This document shows positions 57,078 to 64,000 of a DNA stretch of 64,000 nucleotides, in pieces. The stretch comes from Longimicrobiales bacterium. GTDB taxonomy: Bacteria > Gemmatimonadota > Gemmatimonadetes > Longimicrobiales > Gaopeijiaceae. A program made the position numbers and the translations under genes. Below the pieces are notes generated by a model. The model was not told the origin of the DNA. It saw only the letters and a list, made by a program, of their open reading frames with translations, and did no database searches. The stretch's first letter is position 1. The number at the start of each line of letters is the position of its first letter. The stretch lies in NCBI GenBank assembly GCA_963664435.2, contig CAXXKM010000001.1:672001-736000 (forward strand). The letters are read 5' to 3'.

Positions 57078-59114
57078 ATGAGGCCGTGGACGCTCGTCCT
57101 CATCGGATTGGCGCTGACGGCGCTCGCCTGGCGCACGTTCGTCGCGCCGTTCCCCGGTCCGGGCGCCAACCCGTACCTCGACCTGATCGCCCACCACGAT
57201 CCCGGCCTGCACCGCGCGATCCACCTCTGGTACTTCCTCACGCCCGGCGTGGCCGTGCTCCTGGCCGGCAGCATCATGCTCTCCGTTTCGCGGGTCTGGC
57301 TCCAGCCGCGAAGGGGACGCGGAGCGCGCGGGCAGCTCCCCGACTGGCCCAACTCACCCGCCGCCGATGCGCCGTCGCTCGTCGTCGGCGAACTGCACCA
57401 CCCCACGGTCGCCACGGAGAGCGAGCGGCCCTCCTGGCTCGTCGTCCCCGAGAAGGGACTCTACACCGGCATCCTCGTCGTCGGGGCCGTCGGCACCGGC
57501 AAGACCACCGCCTGCATGTACCCGTTCGCCCGGCAGCTCCTCACCTGGCAAGCGGACGATCCCCGGCGCCGCGCGGGCGCGCTCGTGCTCGAAGTCAAGG
57601 GGGACTTCTGCCACCAGGTGCGTCGCATCCTCACGAGGGCCGACCGAGAGGACGACTACCTGGAGATCGGGCTCGGGGGCTCGTGGCAGTGGAACCCGCT
57701 CGACGATCCGCTGCTCGACTCCTACTCGATGGCCTACGGCGTCGCCTCGCTCATCAACCAGCTCTTCGGCAAGTCGCGCGAACCGTTCTGGCAGCAGGCG
57801 TACACGAACCTCGTCCGGTGGATCGTCGAGCTTCACCGGCTCCTGCCGGGGAGCTGGGTAACGCTGCGCGACGTGTACCGCTGCACGGTGGACGCCGAGC
57901 TCTTCGCCCGGAAGATCGGGGAAGCGAAGGCGCAGGCTCTGCGGCTGTGTCCCACGCGGGCCGTGATCGCCGTCAAGGATCTCAACGCGCACCGGGAGGC
58001 CCTCGAGGACTGGGACTGGGACATGGCGCCCGGCGCCAGGACCGTGGCCTGCCGCCTCGACCCGGAACGCGCGGCCGTGCTCGGGAAGCTGAAGGTCGAG
58101 TACGCCTCGGAGCCGGAAGGCGGGAGCGCGGGACGCGAATACGCCGAGCAGGTCGAGGCCATCGAACGATGGTACCGGCACGACTGGATGGCGCTCGACG
58201 CCAAACTCCGCACCTCGATCGTCGAGGGGATCAGCGTGTTCCTGTCGCTGTTCGACCAGCCCGAGGTCGCCGGCGTGTTCTGTCCGCCCCCGCCGGCCGA
58301 CGATCCTCCGGCCACGCGGACGCACGACGAAGACGGCGAGGAGATCCCGGACGTTCGGCCCATGCCGGGGCTCCGCCGGAGGCTGCCGCCGCTCAGCGAC
58401 CTAATCGAAGGCGGCAAGGTGCTCGCGCTCAACATGCCCGCGGGCGCGAACCCGGCGCTCGCCCGCGCCATCGGCGTGTTCCTCAAGAACGCATGGATGC
58501 AGGCGCTGCTCCGGCGGCCCGCCGAGGCCGCGCGCCGTCCCGAGCGCTACATGCGGCCCGCCGTGTTCATCTGCGACGAGTACCAGGCGTTCGCGACCGT
58601 GGGCCAGGACGACCCGTCCGGCGACGAGAAGGCGTTCGCGCTCACGCGGCAGTGCCGCTGCATACCGATCGTCGCCACGCAGTCGATCTCGTCGCTGCGC
58701 TCCGTGCTGCCCTCGGGCGAGGCGTGGCGCACGCTCGTCCAGACGCTCCGCACCCGGATCTTCCTGTCGCTGTCCGACGACGCGTCGGCCAAGATCGCGT
58801 CCGACATGTGCGGCTCCGTCATGAAGACGCAGGCGTCCTACACGTTCACCGAGACCACGAACAAGCCCGAGTTCTCGCTCCTGTCCGGCCGCGCCGGAGG
58901 AGGGGACGGCAGCATCGGCGCGAGCAAGTCGTTCCGCCGGCAGAGGGAGCCGGTGTTCACGCCGCGCCAGTTCGGGCTGCTCGCCAACTACCAGGCGATC
59001 TGCCTGCCCTACGACGGCGTCAAGTCGCTCCCGGCCCGCCGCGTCTACCTCAAGCCCCACTACCTGCCCAGGGAGCAGGGCTACTGGCGGCAACTGGAGG
59101 AGGGCAGGATATGA
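57078..59114 (+). CDS. virD4: VirD4/TraG-type coupling protein
   Basis: Two N-terminal TM segments, GAVGTGKT, EVKGD, WNPL, FW, ICDEYQ and ATQSISSL. Confidence 0.88.
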   Translation: MRPWTLVLIGLALTALAWRTFVAPFPGPGANPYLDLIAHHDPGLHRAIHLWYFLTPGVAVLLAGSIMLSVSRVWLQPRRGRGARGQLPDWPNSPAADAPSLVVGELHHPTVATESERPSWLVVPEKGLYTGILVVGAVGTGKTTACMYPFARQLLTWQADDPRRRAGALVLEVKGDFCHQVRRILTRADREDDYLEIGLGGSWQWNPLDDPLLDSYSMAYGVASLINQLFGKSREPFWQQAYTNLVRWIVELHRLLPGSWVTLRDVYRCTVDAELFARKIGEAKAQALRLCPTRAVIAVKDLNAHREALEDWDWDMAPGARTVACRLDPERAAVLGKLKVEYASEPEGGSAGREYAEQVEAIERWYRHDWMALDAKLRTSIVEGISVFLSLFDQPEVAGVFCPPPPADDPPATRTHDEDGEEIPDVRPMPGLRRRLPPLSDLIEGGKVLALNMPAGANPALARAIGVFLKNAWMQALLRRPAEAARRPERYMRPAVFICDEYQAFATVGQDDPSGDEKAFALTRQCRCIPIVATQSISSLRSVLPSGEAWRTLVQTLRTRIFLSLSDDASAKIASDMCGSVMKTQASYTFTETTNKPEFSLLSGRAGGGDGSIGASKSFRRQREPVFTPRQFGLLANYQAICLPYDGVKSLPARRVYLKPHYLPREQGYWRQLEEGRI

Positions 59115-60124
59115 AGCGCGCGAGCGGCGTCGGCCACCTCACTCCGTTCCTTCCCGGCCTGGAGCGCCTGCTCGAAGACCCGCAGGTCTCCGAGATCATG
59201 ATCAACGGACCCGGCAACGTCTGGGTCGAGCGGGCCGGAAGGCTGGAGCCTCACGAGGCTCCCGCACTCACGTCAGCCTGGCTGCACCGCGCTGCCATCC
59301 ACATCGCGCGCCCCCTCGGGCTCGATCCCGCCGCGCGGCCGATCCTGGACGCGCGGCTCGAAGACGGCTCGCGGGTCGCCATCTGCACGCCGCCCGCATC
59401 TCCCGAGGTCGCGATCACCATACGCCGGTTCGGGGGCCGTGCGTTCTCGGCCGAGGACCTCGTGCGCCTGGGCTCGCTGCCCGAAGACCTCCTCGAAGCC
59501 GCCCGGAGCACGCTTGCGTCCCGCCAGAACATCCTGGTCTCCGGCGGCACGGGCTCGGGCAAGACCACGCTCCTGAACGCGCTGATCGAACTGCTGCCCC
59601 AAGACGAGCGGATCGTCGCCATCGAGGACACGCTCGAACTCAGGATCGACCGGGCGAACTGCCTCCGGTTTGAGGCCGGGGCCACGCTCTCGGAGACGCC
59701 CGTCGAGATCCGCGACCTGGTGCGGCACGCGCTCCGCCACCGGCCCGACCACATCGTCGTCGGCGAGGTCCGGGGCGGCGAGGCCGCCGATCTGCTGCAG
59801 GCGCTCAACACCGGACACGGCGGATCGCTCACCACCATCCACGCCAACAACGCGCGCTCCGCGCTCTCGCGGCTCGCGAGCTGCGCCATGCAGGCCGGCG
59901 ACGCGCTCCCCTGGGAGGTCACATGCCGGGGCGTCGTGGACGGGATCGCGCTCGTGCTGCACGTGGCCCGCCGCGGCGGTAGACGGTTCGTCGAGGACGC
60001 GCTCGTGGTCTGCGGCTACGACGCGCCCACGGGCCACTGGATCACTGCGCCGCCTGGAGCCGAGCCCGGGAAGCAACGGGAGAGCACCACCCACAGCCAC
60101 CCACCGAAGGAGGTGAAGGCATGA
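59111..60124 (+). CDS. virB11: VirB11/TrbB ATPase
   Basis: VSEIMING, DARLEDGSRV, GGTGSGKTT, IEDTLEL, RPDHIVVGEVRG and NTGHGGSLTTIHA. Confidence 0.92.
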   Translation: MKRASGVGHLTPFLPGLERLLEDPQVSEIMINGPGNVWVERAGRLEPHEAPALTSAWLHRAAIHIARPLGLDPAARPILDARLEDGSRVAICTPPASPEVAITIRRFGGRAFSAEDLVRLGSLPEDLLEAARSTLASRQNILVSGGTGSGKTTLLNALIELLPQDERIVAIEDTLELRIDRANCLRFEAGATLSETPVEIRDLVRHALRHRPDHIVVGEVRGGEAADLLQALNTGHGGSLTTIHANNARSALSRLASCAMQAGDALPWEVTCRGVVDGIALVLHVARRGGRRFVEDALVVCGYDAPTGHWITAPPGAEPGKQRESTTHSHPPKEVKA

Positions 60125-60327
60125 CCTGGAACGGCGAAACCATCCCCATCGAGACGTTCGAGGACTTCGACCTCGAACTCGCCCGCGACGGCGGCGAGAC
60201 GCTCGAAGTCCGGGCCTACCTGGCCGAGGAGTACGGCCTCTTCCCCGAGGATGTCGGGACCGAGGACGAGATCGCGGCCGCCTGGGACGACCCGCACGGC
60301 GCCGCCGGGGAGGAGGACGAGCGATGA
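60121..60327 (+). CDS. Small acidic hypothetical protein
   Basis: RBS AAGGAGG; ATGA overlaps on both sides; very D/E-rich. Confidence 0.6.
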   Translation: MTWNGETIPIETFEDFDLELARDGGETLEVRAYLAEEYGLFPEDVGTEDEIAAAWDDPHGAAGEEDER

Positions 60328-61361
60328 AACACGACGAGTATCACCGCAAGTTCGCCGACGCGATCATCGAGCAGATCAGGAAGGGCACCGCGCCCTGGCA
60401 GAAGCCGTGGGCGCCGGGCGAGCGCGTCATGCCCATGAACGTGGACACCGATCGCTCCTACCGGGGCGGCAACAGCCTGCACCTCGCCTCCGTCCAGCAG
60501 GAGCACGGCTACGGCGACGTGCGCTGGGGCACATACCGCCAGATCCAGGCGCGCGGCGGACAGGTCAGGAAGGGCGAGCGCGGCACCCGCATCCTCTCCT
60601 TCCAGGACAGGAAGCGCATCGCCGTCACCGACGAGCGCGGGCGGCCCCGGAGGGACGCGGAGGGCAAGCGCGTCTACCGCTACGAAAAGCTCAAGGCGCC
60701 GTTCGTGCGCCAGTACACGGTGTTCAACGCCGAGCAGGCGGACGGGCTGCCCGAGCGTGCGAATCCGACGCCCGAGCCGCTCTGGAAGGCGCACCAGGCG
60801 GCCGAGAAGGTCATGGAGGACGGAGGGGTTCCGGTCCGCCACGTCGCCGGCGACCGCGCCTACTACCACAAGAAGCGCGACGAGATCGTGCTGCCCGAGC
60901 GCGGCCAGTTCCCGTCGGCCAACCACTACTACCAGACCGCGCTCCACGAGCTGGGCCACAGCACCGGCCACGAGGACCGGATGAAGCGCGAAACGCTCAT
61001 CGAAGGGATCAAGAACGGGTTCGGCTCGCCCGCCTACGCGAGGGAGGAGCTGAGGGCCGAGATCAGCGCCATGATGACCGGCGAGCGCGTCGGCGTCGGA
61101 CACGACCCGGCGCGAGGCGCCGCCTACGTCGAGGGCTGGATCCAGGCGCTCGAGGAGGACCCGCGAGAGATCCGGCGCGCCGCCGCGGACGCGCAGAGAA
61201 TCTCCGACTACGTGCTCGTGCGCCACATCGAGCGCGAGACCACACGCGAACCCATGGCTGCGGCCGCGACCCGCGTGCCCGGACCGGAGGGACCCCAGCG
61301 GATCCAGGTGCCCGTGCCGCAGCTACCGACGCCCGCGAGGAGCGCCGGGCCGAGTCGCTGA
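60324..61361 (+). CDS. ardC: ArdC anti-restriction / ssDNA-binding protein (DUF1738 + zincin-like MPTase)
   Basis: PWQKPW, YRGGN, GGQVRKGERG, VFNAEQ, HELGHSTGH and YAREELRAE. Confidence 0.9.
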   Translation: MKHDEYHRKFADAIIEQIRKGTAPWQKPWAPGERVMPMNVDTDRSYRGGNSLHLASVQQEHGYGDVRWGTYRQIQARGGQVRKGERGTRILSFQDRKRIAVTDERGRPRRDAEGKRVYRYEKLKAPFVRQYTVFNAEQADGLPERANPTPEPLWKAHQAAEKVMEDGGVPVRHVAGDRAYYHKKRDEIVLPERGQFPSANHYYQTALHELGHSTGHEDRMKRETLIEGIKNGFGSPAYAREELRAEISAMMTGERVGVGHDPARGAAYVEGWIQALEEDPREIRRAAADAQRISDYVLVRHIERETTREPMAAAATRVPGPEGPQRIQVPVPQLPTPARSAGPSR

Positions 61362-61368
61362 AGGACCG

Positions 61369-62271
61369 ATGAGAGGGAGAGGAATGTTCGACCGCGAGGT
61401 CGAACCGGACCCGCGCCCCGCCGCGCCACCCAGCCGCAATCGCTTGCCGATGCGGGACGGCCACCGCCGAGAATACGCTGCGGACCGGGAGCGCGGGTCC
61501 ATCTCCTTCCCCGAACGTTGCGCCGAAGCGCTGGCCGACATCGGCGTCCACGGCGCCGTATCGTTCCGCGACCTCGCCGAGGCGCGCTTCGGCGGCCATC
61601 CCTACACCACGCGGCGGGCCGTCGACACGTGGGTCCGGGACGGGCTCGTCCGAGAGACCACCGTCACCGGCCCGAACGGCAACCCGTTCAAGATCCTCAC
61701 CCTCACCCCGGCCGGCGTCGCCGACGCCCGGAAGCTCGCCGCCGAGCGGGGGATGGACCCGGAACAGCGGATCGACATCCCCCGAATCCGGGACGCCCAG
61801 GCCGGCCACGACACCGCCGTCTACCGCGCTTGCGCTGCGGAACGGGAGCGGCTCCGCAGGCGGGGCGCCACGGTGCGCCGCCTGCGGCTCGACGCCGAAC
61901 TCAAGAGCGCAGTCGCGCGAGCGAGCGAGGCGGAACGGGCGCGGAACGGCAAGCGCGCCGCCGATGCCGAGCGGCAACGCACTGCCGAAGAACTCGGGCT
62001 GCCTCTCGACGAGGCCGGCCAGGTGCTCTACCCAGACGCGCAGATCGAGTACGAGGACGCCGAGGGACGCACCGGACGCATCAACGTCGAGGTCGCGTCC
62101 GGCAACTACCGCGAACCGGCGCTGACCGCCAAGGCTGCCGCCGGGTTCGCGATGCACGCCAGCGGCCCGGCCGCCGCGGGCATGCTCCGAAAGCTCGGCT
62201 TGGGCCGGGGCGACGACGGCGCCCGGACCGGGGGACGCGCCGACCGCGATACGGCTTCCGTCGAACTCTGA
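61369..62271 (+). CDS. wHTH + PD-(D/E)xK protein, replication-relaxation/MOBC-like candidate relaxase
   Basis: wHTH-like N-terminus (LTLTPAG), HD motif and YPDAQIEY...NVEV...Y....L..K. Confidence 0.55.
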   Translation: MRGRGMFDREVEPDPRPAAPPSRNRLPMRDGHRREYAADRERGSISFPERCAEALADIGVHGAVSFRDLAEARFGGHPYTTRRAVDTWVRDGLVRETTVTGPNGNPFKILTLTPAGVADARKLAAERGMDPEQRIDIPRIRDAQAGHDTAVYRACAAERERLRRRGATVRRLRLDAELKSAVARASEAERARNGKRAADAERQRTAEELGLPLDEAGQVLYPDAQIEYEDAEGRTGRINVEVASGNYREPALTAKAAAGFAMHASGPAAAGMLRKLGLGRGDDGARTGGRADRDTASVEL

Positions 62272-62291
62272 CCGTACGGGAGGAACCCGCC

Positions 62292-62606
62292 ATGCAACCT
62301 TGGAAGATCAGCGCGGGACTGAGCGCCGCGCTCGTGGGATCCGTCCTGCTCCTCGGTGGATCCCGCCTCGAATACCTCGCGCCCCACTGGTCGCTCATCT
62401 TCGCCCGGCATGGCGTCGGCGTCGGCCTGCACGCGGCGTTCGCCGTCTTCACCCTCGCCGCCGCCATCTACGGCGTCGCCCGAGCCACCGGGCTCGCCGA
62501 TCTCGGCAGCCGCGTCGATCTCGCCGAGCGGTCCGTCCGGCGCGGTGAAGGGGATCATGACCTCGCCGATGCGCTCCGCAGGGACGCCGAAGGAGACTGG
62601 GAGTGA
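62292..62606 (+). CDS. Small two-TM membrane protein
   Basis: RBS GGGAGG and two hydrophobic segments. Confidence 0.6.
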   Translation: MQPWKISAGLSAALVGSVLLLGGSRLEYLAPHWSLIFARHGVGVGLHAAFAVFTLAAAIYGVARATGLADLGSRVDLAERSVRRGEGDHDLADALRRDAEGDWE

Positions 62607-63001
62607 CGCGCATGAAGGATCGACCGACCGTCGAGGGCCTGCCCGCCAACTGGCGCAGACAAGCCAAGTCGCTCCGCCGTTACGGCGGCGAGACCCCGGC
62701 CACCGCGATCGAACGCTGCGCCGACGACCTCGAAGCCACCCTCGTCGAGCGCGACGAGACCACGTTCTCGCTCGTCGAGGCTTCGCGGGAGAGCGGATAC
62801 TCCGCCGACCACCTCGGACGGCTCGTCCGCGACGGCAGGATCCCCAACGCCGGACGGCCCGGCGCGCCCAGGATCGCCCTCAAGGACCTGCCCCGGAAGG
62901 CGCATGTCCCCGCCGATCCGCGACTAGCGGAGAAGCCTCGCCGTAGCCAAGTTTCAAACGCGCAGATCGTGCAGTCCATCATCGAAAAAGGAATCGAATG
63001 A
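62603..63001 (+). CDS. Excisionase-like HTH protein
   Basis: FSLVEASRESGYSADHLGRLVRDGRIP; overlaps the integrase start. Confidence 0.65.
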   Translation: MTRMKDRPTVEGLPANWRRQAKSLRRYGGETPATAIERCADDLEATLVERDETTFSLVEASRESGYSADHLGRLVRDGRIPNAGRPGAPRIALKDLPRKAHVPADPRLAEKPRRSQVSNAQIVQSIIEKGIE

Positions 63002-64000
63002 TGGCACGCACGAAACGTAGCCGGCGCGCGTACAGCGCCGGAGAATGGGGCCGGAACCGGGTGAGGGTGTTTCCCGATCCCAAGACCGGCCTGTACCAGA
63101 TCGAGTGGCGCGAGAACGGGCGCAGGCTCACAAGGTCGCTCAAACACCGCGACTGGGCTCGCGCGAAACGGCAGGCGGACGAGTTCGCCGCCGGGTTCGC
63201 CAAGCCGGAGCCGAACGGCAAGCAGGAAGCCAAGCCCGAGCCGCTCACGCTGGAGCGGCTTTTTGACATCTACACGGAAGAGGTGACGCCCACCAAGGGC
63301 GAGGGGACACGGCGGCGCGACCGGGTCGCGACCGCGATGTTCCTCCGTTTCTTCGGCAGGGACCGAAGGCCCGAAACCCTGTCCCAGCGCGATTGGGACC
63401 GGTTCATTCAAGCGCGGCGCGCGGGCAGGGCCGGTGCCTCGGGCAAGCCCGTGGGCAATCGGACGATCGAATGGGATCTGACGTTCCTGCTCGCGGTCCT
63501 CAACTGGGCCGAGAGGTCGAAGGACGAGGAGGGAAGGCGGCTCCTCGATAGGAACCCGCTCAAGGGCTTGAGGAAGCCCAAGGAAAAGAACCCTACGCGG
63601 GTTGTGCTTTCCGAGGAGGAATACCAAGCGCTACTCCGAGTTTCTCGGAAAGTCGGCTGGCGATTCCACGTCGCGCTCGTGCTCGCGCATGAAACCGGGC
63701 ACAGGATCGGAGCCATCCGCAAGCTCCGGTGGTCGGACATAGACCTCGACGGCGGAGTTATCCGGTGGCGCGCGGAGCATGAAAAGACCGAATACGAGCA
63801 CCGGACGCCGGCGACGGCCGAGGCGATTGCCGCCTTGGAAGAAGCGCAAAGGTATGGCAATGGCACTGGAGACCCGCCAGTGCTTCCCGCGCCGAGGGAT
63901 CCGTCGAGGTGCTTGTGCCATATGTCGGCCCACCGCATGTGGGGCAGGGCGGAGACGCTCGCAGGGCTGGAGCCGAAACACCGCCGAGGCTGGCACTCGC
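62998..64000 (+). CDS. Tyrosine integrase of the ICE (partial, runs off the right edge)
   Basis: Own translation: MMARTKRSRR...LAHETGHRIGAIRKLRWSDID...HEKT...RGWHS, open to the window end. Confidence 0.88.
   Translation, partial: MMARTKRSRRAYSAGEWGRNRVRVFPDPKTGLYQIEWRENGRRLTRSLKHRDWARAKRQADEFAAGFAKPEPNGKQEAKPEPLTLERLFDIYTEEVTPTKGEGTRRRDRVATAMFLRFFGRDRRPETLSQRDWDRFIQARRAGRAGASGKPVGNRTIEWDLTFLLAVLNWAERSKDEEGRRLLDRNPLKGLRKPKEKNPTRVVLSEEEYQALLRVSRKVGWRFHVALVLAHETGHRIGAIRKLRWSDIDLDGGVIRWRAEHEKTEYEHRTPATAEAIAALEEAQRYGNGTGDPPVLPAPRDPSRCLCHMSAHRMWGRAETLAGLEPKHRRGWHS

Larger units (their letters stand above)
43226..64000 (+). mobile_element. Integrative conjugative element core (VirB/VirD4 T4SS, ardC, xis, tyrosine integrase); att sites not located
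   Basis: Co-directional overlapping T4SS genes ending in excisionase-like and integrase genes at the window edge. Confidence 0.85.

Noticed and set aside
1..64000. CRISPR array, cas genes, reverse transcriptase/DGR/retron, rRNA or complete tRNA
   Set aside because: No regularly spaced repeat-spacer array, no RT motif and no cloverleaf seen.

Overview
High-GC bacterial window. About 1-8.6 kb is housekeeping transport/catabolism: a partial GH-like TIM-barrel gene, dppBC-type ABC permeases, a vapBC pair, an MmgE/PrpD protein and tctCBA. About 8.6-38 kb is a defence island: XRE-IrrE, TIGR04141/DUF6119, SNF2-DUF3883, two oppositely oriented DUF1156 methyltransferase alleles flanking two tandem tyrosine recombinases, AAA+DUF4276, HEPN-DUF499, a frameshifted sacsin-like GHKL protein, a decayed IS481, DUF262+HEPN and an ApeA-like HEPN. 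About 38.7-42.6 kb holds a Cre-like recombinase gene between two inverted lox-like sites, with an outward sigma70-like promoter inside the segment, next to a secreted FN3 surface-protein gene. From about 43 kb to the edge is a VirB/VirD4 integrative conjugative element (virB2-3-4-9-10-5-6-8, virD4, virB11, ardC, candidate PD-(D/E)xK relaxase, xis, int). Its virB9 is split by a 3.2-kb integrase+Mrr element, and it carries an IS630. The two strongest candidates for an undescribed system are (1) a self-inverting Cre/lox-like promoter cassette predicted to phase-vary the surface protein and (2) a nested-inverted-repeat shufflon predicted to swap specificity regions of the DUF1156 methyltransferase. 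All product calls come from motif recognition by eye; no database search was run.
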